From Balanoglossus misakiensis (lineage: Eukaryota; Animalia; Hemichordata): 64,000 nucleotides of DNA. Positions 10,489-22,300 of this stretch are shown here, one piece after another; positions within the stretch are counted from its first letter, which is position 1; each line of letters starts with the position of its first letter. The translations under genes were made by a program, and so were the position numbers. Location: positions 1,167,882 through 1,231,881 of the forward strand of contig CM082591.2 in NCBI GenBank assembly GCA_040954595.2, in the 5' to 3' direction. A model generated the notes under the pieces. The model was not told the DNA's origin. It saw only the letters and a program-made list of their open reading frames with translations, and made no database searches.

Positions 10489-13400
10489 CTAGCTACTGTT
10501 GTCACTGCAGTCTTCTTGAAGACTTTGCACGAAATCATCAAAGTCTGAGAGTTTTTGTTCATATTCTTCCAACTGTTCCACAAATTCACCCTGAAAGAGG
10601 CAAAATACCCTTCTGTAAGTTTCACGCTCCTCAGACATGTATATGTATGTTCGTGTACATCTGCAATGTCCATTTACTAACCCCCTAACTACAGTATTTT
10701 GGTTTAGCCCTTTGTTTTTCAATGGAGTGGACTGATCCATAGAGAAATGGTGGTTGAACAGGATCACTTTGAAGGGACACTGCTCAAGCATTTACCTTTT
10801 CTGACTCAACCTCTTGGAAACTGCTGTCACTGAAAGAGTCCAATTTTGGTGCGGTCTGACACTCGCGGTAGAATGCTCCTAAATCACTGCTGGAATTGGA
10901 CTGTGCAAATGCTGGTTTCTACAAATATAAACAACAACATCAAAGATAGCAGTCTTCATCACACCATAACACAAGCCCACTTTGATTATCCACCGTTGAA
11001 ATTGTAGTTAAGTGTACAATCGGGTGCCAGAAAAAAATCTGATAAAAATACAAGCTTTTGCTAATCCTGGCATGAACAATCCTACTGTGGCACTTTCATG
11101 CAAGTACTTACAAGTTCCACCATGACAAAGTCATCTGGTGCAGACAACTGGCTACTGTTGGATTTAGTCGATCCTGTGGATGTAGTCTGGTCACCTGGTT
11201 GCTCTGTGGATTCCTATAGGATCCAAACAAATTCAAAACAAAATCTGAATCCAGCTGCGACTTCAGTAACATATGGTGACCTATCTACACAAATTTATTT
11301 CCGAGTCTGATATGATAAACAAAGATGGACCAAATGTTCGGAAAGCTAGTCACAAAATCGGGACAAAAGATAAAGCCATCGACTTTCAGGTTCAATAGGG
11401 AACACTGCTCACTTACCCCTTTGGCAGCTGCTAAGTTTTTGTGTTTGGGAGTGTCAGGAGGACCATGGTCTTGTAGCAAAGACATGAATGGAATGTCCGT
11501 TGGAAATAACTCTCCCTGAAACAACAATAGAGAAGTCTGGACATTGAAACTACCACCATGGTAGAAGTGTGATGACATTCACAAGATCATACGCTTACAA
11601 TAACATCTATAAATGGTTGATTTATTCCAAAGTTCAAGTAATTTGCAAATTCTTACCTGATCAGGAGGTGATTTTCCAGTATTGACAAAGGCACCTCTTT
11701 TCGGACCTGAGCTGAAACTTCCAGGGTAATCAGGAAGACTGGACATTTTTGAAACAAATCAGAAACAAAATCCACACAGTTGATCAGTGCACAAAACAAA
11801 ATCTGCACAGAAGAATATGTACTACCGGTACCCCAGTATGTGTACTTGGCAACAGCATTCTAACTAGAAAGAGCTGTACTCAAGAAATTGGACATGATTT
11901 GTGTATTCTTACCCTGTTTTTGTTTTATCAATTTCCGACGAACTTCTCGTCCTAGTAATGACATTCTGTGGTTGCGTTTGGAGCTGCTGTGGACTGACAT
12001 CTTTCTGAGATGTCTGTACATACCCACTGGTAGATGGGGAGGTGGAGAATGTGGTCGCACATGAATCTTGGGACTCTGAAACTGATGATGGGGTTTCCTC
12101 TTTTTCTGAGGACCTGTTTTATTAAGGGAGGAATTAATGTCACGTATGTCGATCTGAGCTCATGGGTTGTTCAAAAGCGCTTTGCAAAATATGTGGAACA
12201 TGTCCAATCAAAGATACACACTACAGTAATTAGCAACAGCCTTCAGCTTTCATTGGATGTGCTTTGATGAAAGCAAAGTGCTGATTGGCTGTCATGTGAA
12301 GCATGAGAGAAAGCTGATTGGCTATTGCCTTGATGATGAAAAAGCAATTTCTGAAAGCTGGTGACTCCATGTGACTTATCTGAAAAGCAAAATTTAAACT
12401 CAAATGATAACCACAAGAATGAACTAACATATAAAGTGAAGGAATATCACTTTAAAACAAGGAGAAATACTTTGGAAAACATAAACACTCATGACGAGGG
12501 AGATGGTGTATTTTCCAATAATAAATTCACAGTTGGATGTTTTCCTCAGTTGCAAGCTATTTTCTTCATCCCTGCTCTGACAACAAGAGCAGAGCGTAAA
12601 GTCTGCAACATTGTGAATTACTGAGCAATGGAATATACAGTTGCTGCTTTTAGCGCAAGTTCACAAAGTTCATGTAAAACTTGTCAGCTATGTGGTTTCT
12701 AGCCATTGTAGATTACTGGTATTTACTTCTTCAACTGTGAATTCTTAATCTCATGCATGTGCAAGCAATAACACCCCACCAACTTAAGCCAGATGTTGCA
12801 GGAGCTCAAAGGCATGCTAACTAATGTACCATAATTATATGCAGTAACCCACAATGACAAGTCACTGTTTATTTCACAAGGAATAATATGCATACAAACT
12901 CACACAGCACAGACAATGAACTGTACAAAGTAACCACAAAACGTGGAACTACACAGAGATACAAACTAGGCACCACAGAGGGAAGGATACTTGAGAGATA
13001 TTTGAACTAATCTACCCACCCTGAGCTAAGGTATTGACAAGGTCTAGATAACAGTGCTTTGGGACTGGTTTCAAAATGGTCATCCTTGACTGTCATTGGT
13101 GCAGCAGAACTGGTTTGCCTAAGAGAGCAGGGGCATAGTGGAAATCAGTGTTAGAGACACACATCTACGACATAAATTAACCCTTTCACCACCGTGGTTT
13201 AGTCCTAATCCATTGTTTGCTACCATATAGTTGGACTTCTGAAGAGGTGAATGGGGGTGAAAGGGTTAAATCCAAAACATGAAGTTACACTATGTTATAT
13301 TGTGCATGTCAGCAATGAATTTCGGTCAGATGTAAGTAAAAACAAATGGTAACATCGAAACAAACTTGTACAGGGAACAGATAAGACCACACACACAGAC

Positions 13401-16400
13401 TTTGTTCATGCTTAATCTCCTCTGGGAGACCACCTTCAGAAAAATCTTTGTCTGTCTAAAAATGTACCAATGCACACATTGGAACAGGCACATGTAACAC
13501 AACACAATAAACTATGCTCGAACCAGTAATGCTTGCGACACATTTGGCAACTGTACACAACAGCACAACACAAAGCAATTAATAACTATATCTAGTTAGT
13601 AACCCATACACAGCTATTTGAATGGTTGATATAATGCTGATGTATTAAGCTTGAGACCAAATTCACTATTCTAGCACCTGACAGCACAAGTATATAATGT
13701 TGATAATTACTCTGTCAAAAATTACTTTGTAACTCCCAACCACACATGATTGCATATGCTTCAGACTGATGATGCGGACATGTAAATTTGAAGATGATAC
13801 TCAAGATATATGGTGAGCATAGGCCCACTAAAGCTTGATAGATAAATCATGTTATTTCATAGATGGTACTAATAGATCTATGGTAAGTATTGGCATGCAA
13901 GACATGCAGAATTTACCATGCTTTAACTATGCAGCAAGACCACAGCGTTTGACTACAACCATGCAGTAGAACCACACTGTGAAATTCATGCATTCAACTT
14001 AAATCAACAGCATGACATCATCATTAGTACAACTTAACTACCAGTACATTCACATTACAATGTCCTTGTACACTTAATTGTACCACTCTAAATGACTGAT
14101 TTAAAAATGTGAATACTCAACCCATATGAAACGTTTGTGATGAAAGCTCAAACAGAAATTAAAGCTGCAAGCAGCATTGTCCGGGCCCAAGCTCTATTAT
14201 CTGATCTGATATTAGATATGCACATGATTAATGAGTAGAAACATAATGCTGTTCTATCCCATGAAATATCAAGGTTATATCTATGTTTGGTGCTGATAAA
14301 GTGTTAAGTAGGTCAAAGGTCACCCAGAGGTCACCCAACATTTGGGCAGAAAATTTTAACCCATAGTGGTCCATGTCCAACAAAAACCAGACCTCTAGCC
14401 CTTTTGGTTAGCCTGGAATTAGGTATGCACACAAATAATGCGTAAAGCAGGTGTCACAGGTGACCCAAAACTTTGGCTTTGGCTTTTCATTATGGCCCCA
14501 TACCTCCAAATGCCAAGGCTGTACCTGCTTTGGATGCCGAGATATGCAAAAGTAGGTCAAAGGTCATCTGAGGTCATCCAAAATTTGGGCAGAAAATTTT
14601 GACCCATGGTGGTCCATGTCCAACAAAAACCAGACCTCTAGCCCTTTTGGTTAGCCTATAATTAGGTATGCACATAATTAATGAGTTAAGCAGGTGTCAC
14701 AGGTGACCCAAAACTTTGGCTTTTCATTATGGCCCCATACCTCCAAACGCCAAGGCTGTATCTGCTGTGGATGTCGAGATATGCAAAAGTAGGTCAAAGG
14801 TCACCTGAGGTCACCCAACATTTGGGCAAAATATTTTGACCCCATACTGGTCCATGTATAACAAAAACAAAACCTCTAGGTCTATTGGTTCATCTGTAAT
14901 TAGGTATGTACATATTTAATGAGGTCAGCAGAGGTCAAAGGGGTCATGAAAAGTAGCAAAATCACATACAAATCGACATACATCAAAAACCAAACTTATA
15001 GCCCTATTGGTTAGCCTGGAATTAGATATGCAGAAAAATCATGCGTCAAAAGTAGGTCAAAGGTCATTGCCAAAATTACCAAAATATTTATAGCTTATTC
15101 TTGTCATATGATGATTCATATCCATAAAAAGAATTTCTGTGCTATCAATTTTTAGGCTAGAAAGGGAATTTTTACTTTTTAATTGTTTTTCACAAAATCC
15201 AATATGGCCGCCATAATCTTCAACCAATCACAATGATCTTCGCAAACTTGATAGACATCAGTTAGGTGACCACATACCCCAAACCGCGTGACTCGGTTAT
15301 CACCGGTTCTGGAGAAGAAGATTTTTGAAATTTAAGCCAGATTTCAGAAAAAAAATTGTAGCAAAAAAACTGCAACATTGACAGCATAATTTCAAATTAC
15401 AAAAATGATGGGTAGAAGGTAAACTACCTGCACACCAAATTTGAAGTCGATCTGACTTGTAGTTTCTGAGATCTGAGATTTGCATTTTTTCAGAATATCC
15501 AATATGGCCGCCAGGTCACGTGACTAATTAAAAATTCAAGGGTTCAATGCACGACTACTCATTGACCCTGACCACTGTAGCAAGTTTCAGAAGTGTACCT
15601 GCAGCGGTGTCTGAGATCTAGAGCGACAAAGAATTGACACAAGAATAAAGAAAGAAAGAAAGAAAGAATTAAAGCTGCGAGCAGCATTGTCGGGCCCAAG
15701 CGCTGATCTTGAATTATATATGCACAGTATGAATGAGAAGAAACAGAATTTTCTATCAGATGTATTATCTCATGACATAACAAGGATGTGTGTATTTTTG
15801 CTGCTGAAATAGGGTGAAGTAGGTCAAAGGTCACCTGAGGTCACCCAACATTTGGGCAAAAAATTTTGACCCCATACTGGTCCATGTCCAACAAAAACCA
15901 AAACTCTAGCTCTATTGGTTCGCCTGTAATTAGGTATGTGCATATTTAATGAGGTCAGCAGGTGTCACAGGTGACCCAAAAATGTGGCTTTACATTTTGG
16001 TCCCATCCTACCAAATGCCATGGCTGTATCTGCTCTGGATGCTGAGATATGCGAAAGTAGGTCAAAGGTCACCAGAGGTCACCCAACATTTGGGCAAAAA
16101 ATTTTGATCCCATACTTGTCCATGTCCAACAAAAACCAAACCTCTAGCTCTATTGGTTCGCCTGTAATTAGCTATGCACATAATTAATGAGGTCAGCAGA
16201 GGTCAAAGGGGTCATGAAAAGTAGCAAAATATTTTGATCACACACTAGTCCACAAGCATCAAAAACCAAACGTCTAGCCCTATAGGTTAGCCTGGAATTA
16301 GATATGCAGAAATAATAACGCGTGATAAGTAGGTCAAAGGTCATGTGAAAAATCGCCAAAAAATTGTTACATATTTTAGTCACATGACGATTGATATCCA

Positions 16401-18832
16401 TAAAAAGAATTTGTATGCTATCAATTTTTAGACTAGAAAAAGGAATTTCAATTTTTCACTGCTTTTTACAAAATCCAATATGGCCGCCATAATCTTTGAC
16501 CAATCACAATGCTCTTTGCAAACTTGATAGACATCAGTGTAGTGACCATACTCCCCGAATCTTGTGACTCAGTCATCGCCCGTTCTGGAGAAGAAGATTT
16601 TTGGAGTTTAACTATGGTTTTTCGAAAATCCAATATGGCCGCCATAATCGTCGACCAATCCCAATGATCTTCGCAAACTTGATAGACATCACTTAGGTGA
16701 CCACATACCCCAAACCCCGTGTCTCAGTTATCATCGGTTCTGGAGAAGAAGATTTTTGAAATTTAAGCCAGATTTCAGAAAAAAAATTGTAGCAAAAAAA
16801 CTGCAACATTGACAGCAAAATTTCCAATGACAAAAATGATGGGTAGAAGGTAGTCTACCTGCATGCCAAATTTGAAGTCGATCTGACTTGTAGTTTCTGA
16901 GATCTGAGATTTGTATTTTTTCAGAGAATCCAATATGGCCGCCAGGTCACGTGACTAATTAAGTATTCACAAGTCACTGCACATCTACTCATTGACCTTG
17001 ACCACTGTAGCAAGTTTGAGAAGTGTACCTGCAGTAGTTTCAGAGATCTCGTTGGCCGAAGAATTGACACAAGAATAAAGAAAGAAAGAAAGAAAGAAAG
17101 AAAAATTCCAACGAAACCAATAGGGCCCAAGCGCTTGCTTGCGCTTGGGCCCTAAAAACCCCAACGAAACCAATAGGGCCCAAGCGCTGGTATGCGCTTG
17201 GGCCCTAAAAATGTTACATTTGAGATAGCACTTACCTATCTGGAATTGCTAGTCTTGTTCTATACGCTGCAGTAAGAGTGATTGTTCCTGTCGGGGTAGC
17301 TACTGAACCAACTCGTATACTTAAAAATCCTGTTGTAATATAGGGAGATAATATTGAAGAAAAACTGTCAATGACCATATGTTTTTAACCTTACAGAGCA
17401 GACACATACAGAGAGTTTTGATTAGCAAACAAACAGGTGTTTCACCTTCCCTTATTCCTACAAAAAATGAAGAGCATACTACTAACCTTCTCCTAACGCT
17501 GATGCTAGATTAACGCTACCGAAGTATATTTTATAATAGATTCCGAAATCTGGTCCTTGTTTCCTAGCTAGTCTGTACGCAGGAGTGACTCTACACACAC
17601 ATATGAGAGATTTCAGAAGTAACGCCATCCTGTTGTAGACTGTGTAGTGGATTTTGGCTTGAGTATCACAGCGTTCATTGATGCCTAAGCACCACGTTTC
17701 TAGAATCATACCATCACCCTGAAAATAAAATTTCATTTATTAGATTTTTTTATGTCGTGAATCCATGTGTTCTAAGTTGTGGTTTTAGGGTCTAAATAGA
17801 GGTTATCTTTTAACACTTTCACCCCCAGTTCCTTCTTTAAAGGTCCAACCTCATAGAAAACAATGGGCTTGGACTGAACCATGGTGGTGAAAGGGTTAAA
17901 CAAAGTCTCCACTGAATTTTCTAATATCTTACCTCAGCTGTTTTGAGTGAGATCTCAACGCAGAGTGAGTTACCAATCGATGGTAACTTGTTCGATAGAT
18001 GCTTTCTTGCTTCTGAAAGCACATCTGCATTGTCCTTGATTGCTAGATTGAACTAGAACAGAAGGCAGAATGGTCTCGTTACTCCAGAGCAGTAAACATG
18101 AAAATAGCCTGAGAAAACCAGTTGTAAACTCGAAGAGTACTCACCCAATCTGACCCAGTAGACTGAGGTTTGGATTTAGAGCGTATCTTGTCTCCTAATC
18201 GGGATTGCACTATAATTTGTATTGACTGAGGAGGAAAAGGAAAAGGGCTTTCATTTCAGTGAAATTAACATGTTGAATCAGGCTACAGTCAGTGTAACTG
18301 CAGTAACTGTAGCGTTTTCCGCCTTCTTTTGGCATTTTGACGATATCTAGGCCTTCTTTTGACATTTTGACGATATCTTGGCGGAACCAAGAGCTACAAT
18401 TATTGCAGCTACAGTCAGTGTGGTTCCTGTCCTAGTAGTAGTAGGTCTACATGTGATAAAGTGACCAACAACCTGATATCCCTGGTTTTAGCCATTAAAG
18501 CATATCATGGTCTATATACTTATCGTGTTAATTTGATTGTGTGACTGTGTGTGTGTCATAACACTAAAGTTCGATGACCCCTGTGACATCAGGCACAAAA
18601 TGGTCATAACAACCTATATCGTAAATAAAAACTGCGTCACATGGTAAAACCGGATGAAATCACTTTACACACATGAACTATTGAAAACTAATGTAACACT
18701 TAGTATCACATTATGGTGAAAGGACGTAAGGTAAGGAAGAAATTATGATAAACTTACTTTGAGAGCGAGGAATTTTGTAAATTTGTCTAAGTCCTTCTTG
18801 TCTTGCGTTGAAAACTTCGTTTCTGTCGCCAT
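10489..18832 (-). CDS. ATG13: Autophagy-related protein 13 (HORMA domain, disordered tail with LIR); about 12 exons
   Basis: '[25 protein letters not shown]|[11 protein letters not shown]...GSDW|FNLAIKD', '[11 protein letters not shown]...[28 protein letters not shown]', LIR-like 'DDFVMVEL|KPAF', '[13 protein letters not shown]', C-terminal '[10 protein letters not shown]'. Confidence 0.93.
14157..17208 (-). mobile_element. Tandem dimer of a non-autonomous Helentron-associated (HINE-like) element in an ATG13 intron; copies ~14157-15666 and 15667-17208
   Basis: Both copies begin (+ strand) AATTAAAGCTGC(A/G)AGCAGCATTGTC..GGGCCCAAGC. They contain ~240-bp core repeats and a (GAAA)n microsatellite. 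A duplicated terminal hairpin GGGCCCAAGCGC-loop-GCGCTTGGGCCC lies at 17123-17206. Family assignment is inferred from architecture. Confidence 0.7.
18282..18421. repeat. Small imperfect foldback with internal ~30-bp tandem duplication
   Basis: tgcagtaactgtagc..ttccgcc / ggcggaa..gctacaattattgca inverted arms; 'gccttctttt..g.cattttgacgatatct' occurs twice; gctacagtcagtgt occurs at both ends. Confidence 0.55.
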
Positions 18833-19344
18833 ATTTAGTGGAAAAGACACTTTACAAAGGCTTGTCGAGACACTTGACGTACTCTCCGTATTTCATACTT
18901 ACAAACTTGGGTAAAATTCAATAAACAGCAAATTCCGACACATATTTTACGTTTCACCAGAAATAATATGCCTCCTCGACTCCATTTTGTTATGATATGA
19001 CGTCATGGTCGAGAAGAGGTCATCTCCCAGAAACCATCACGATACACAGTAGTTTATTAGAAATTCCCACGAAACCCGTCTCTCCAAATTTTATAGTTTG
19101 TTGGGCAAAATATGACATTACAAAGCATCGTTTTATCCCGTGTACTAAAATCTAATAAAGAAAATTAAAACTCTAAGTCCGTCATAGCTTAACAAATGGC
19201 GCGTGCGCACTCTCGCCGAGGACAGCCATTTTGAAAGAAAATCAACAGAGAAACTGTACAAGTGATACGGAATATTATTAACATGATTGCGTATCTCTTT
19301 GATAGACTTTAGAACACAATTTTGTGAATTTAAAAGACGGGAAA
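18833..19344. promoter_or_regulatory. Bidirectional ATG13/AMBRA1 promoter with palindromic CRE
   Basis: About 510 bp separate the divergent start codons. TGACGTCA at 18998-19005; YY1-like AAATGGCG near 19194 and GCCATTTT near 19225. Confidence 0.65.
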
Positions 19345-22300
19345 ATGAGCTCATCTAACGATAATTTCCTGCACCATCTTCTCAAACGAGAAGTTGGGCT
19401 TTTTAACGGCAGAGATCGCGTCTCCCTCGATCGTTTTGTCGAAGATAAGGCAGCTGTGTTTTCAACGGATAACAAAGTACGTGAATTTCATTTACTTGTA
19501 CGTCACAGAACCCTAATTCACGATCAGTCCAAACTATGCCTTGCTAGAGACATGTACGATGTAGTTTTTGTAGTCTTTGTGTGTATGTCACTATGTTAGT
19601 GCAAGAAAGCGTCTTCGTCACTAAGTGACTTGTTTATTTACCTCTGATGATCATGGCAAGAGAAATTGACATTTTCATGCACTAAAGTATGTGGCGATAC
19701 CGATTATACAAAAGTCGTCATTAGAGTTGTACCATCACAGAAACAGCTGTTTTCTACTTGTCACGACTGATATTTCAAGTAGATGTGTGTTAAATGGTGT
19801 TTTGAATTTAGGGCCAAACTGACATGACCAGAAATACTATCTGTGAAATGTTACCATATGATATGAATTCTCAATCTCAATCTGCAACCAGCCATAACTA
19901 GTACCTCCATGGTATGTGTAATCCCTTTTAAACTTTGGACGTTTTCACTCCTATTTTCCAGCCATGTGAACTAGCAGGGCAGCCAAGAGCCACATTCCTC
20001 ATGTCTTTCAGTCCAGATGGTAACTTGATGGCATCCAATCATGGTGATCACAATGTCCATGTCACTGATATAAGAACAGGGGAGAACACACACACCTTGA
20101 TTGGTCACCCGAGAACACCATGGTGTGTCAGCTTTCATCCGACGTCCAATGATATTCTGGCATCAGGCTGTTTGGCTGGGGAGGTCAGAATTTGGGATTT
20201 ACATGTGAGTATGAAGCAGGTACAATGAATGAAGAATGAATTGTATATCGAGACCATTGGTAGTTAGTTGACACAAATCGATCACAAATTTTTTATGTTT
20301 ATTTATACCTTTCAATTTTCCCTTCAGCTATACCGCTCTGTGTTTAATAAATGTATTTTCTGTGGGATGTGATTTTTCTACAGGGTGGAAGTGAAAGCTG
20401 GAAATCTGACAGTGACGCTGCCATAGCATCACTGGCATTCCATCCAACAGATCAAGTACTGGCAATAGCGACTGATGATAGACTCTATCTGTGGGATTGG
20501 GGTCTTCCTACTCCATTTACATATGTAAAGACTGCCAGTCCCAAAGAGAAAATCAGGTAGGTGGCCAGCAGTGTGCTCTAAGTCTATATGATGCGCCAAT
20601 TACTCAACAACCTCACCGGTGACTGAATAAAATTAACTGCACTATGACCAGAAGTAACTGTGTGATTGACACTCCTATGTTTTTTTTTCTTTTGCAGATT
20701 AGTAAAATTTGATCCAATGGGGCATTATTTATTGACTGGAGTTGTCAATGCGATCAACAGTGACAGTGATGATGAGTTGGATCTGTCTCTGCCAAGGTAA
20801 TTGATTATTTTGACTTGCTGGAAATATTTTACAACACTATACAGCACAGCACAACAAAGTAAAACAAAACACAACATAACACATCAGTTGAGCTTCACAT
20901 TCTCTCATGTCTTTAAATATCTTTCACAGATTCTGGTTGTAATAAACGTTCAATTTTTTTGTCCCTTATTTTCCACTGCAGAGAGGCAGCTGATAGAGAT
21001 TCCACATATTTTCCCAGCGCTGAAGTCGACCAACGTCTTGTGAGAAGATTGCGATCACAGTTAACAAGGCAACCAGACACATACAGCAACCCTCATGATG
21101 TAGCAGACGCAGTCTTCACCAACCCCAGCAATCTAGATTCACTGCACCCGAGTGTAAGACGCAATGTGTCACATGACCTCCAAGGGAGATCTCTCATTTT
21201 GCCAACCCAGACATCTCACCCAATGAGAGACCAGGATTCGGCTTTATCGGGTACATCCGACACAATAAGTCAGAACATGCAGAGTTTGCCAGGTGAGATG
21301 GCTGTGAATCGGCCAATCGGTGGCCACAATACAGCAAGTGTAAATTACCAAAGTCAAGGTGAACACACGAGGACAGAGAGTGCAACATCACTGCCTAGTA
21401 CATCATATTCAAATTTACTTCCAGAAAACCGTGAACCCCCAGTCAGTGTGCACGATTTTGATCTCAGACACTCACAGGGAGTCCACAGTTTTGAATCTGC
21501 ATCAAGCAATAGCGATACGAGTGAACACCCCCAAGTGCAGTCACAAACCAGGGCATTAGGCCAATCAGAAAGCAGGACTAGCAGCATTGACCAATCGGAG
21601 AGCACTGGGGCAACAGTGCGACTGTCTGACAACCAATCAGGGAGCAGTGATCTTGACAGCTCACATAGACCTTACATGAGAACTTCACGGATGACAGAAC
21701 GGCATTCTGTAGGGCAGCGAGTAACCAGGTCACCCACGGACAGACAGTACTCCAATTTAAGTGTACGAAGGATGAACACGTCAGTCATTGTGTCCAGAAG
21801 TAGAGGAGGAGCAAGTGTGACTGTACCCAGGACTCATTTGGAATTCTCAGGTACAAGTGCTGATCCAGCCATCAGAGGAGCCTATCACTTTGCAAACCCA
21901 GGTAGGATCACTCAAGCCATCCCTTTTACTATCACGCTATGGTTCAACCCTACTGCTTTGAATAGCATGGTTGGACTTGTATATCGAGGAATGGGGATGA
22001 TAGGATTGTATTTTTGCATAATACTTTTTTGTGAATGTTGATAATGACAGATCTTCTGAAACAGGTTGACATTTGATTTCCGTAATATTATAAAAAGAGG
22101 GATGAATCCTGGTCTCAATCATGTAATGCTGATGCCACTGAACATACGGGTAATCTTTAACATGGAATGGATGCATATACTCTGAATTCCAGAGATTTCC
22201 CCCGGAGCAAGGACGTATAGTGCTGTGAGGACATTCCGTCGAGCCCCCCTAAGAGCCTCGAGATTAAACGCACAGCAGCCTCGGAGGTCCATGTCCGATG

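Noticed and set aside
12330-12385. ATGATGA...CTGA resembling a C/D snoRNA
   Set aside because: Antisense to the host ATG13, with no terminal stem or recognisable rRNA guide.
20959-22041. 360-aa ORF as a standalone gene with C-terminal TM
   Set aside because: It is the large disordered AMBRA1 exon; the hydrophobic tail is read-through past the donor near 21850-21901.
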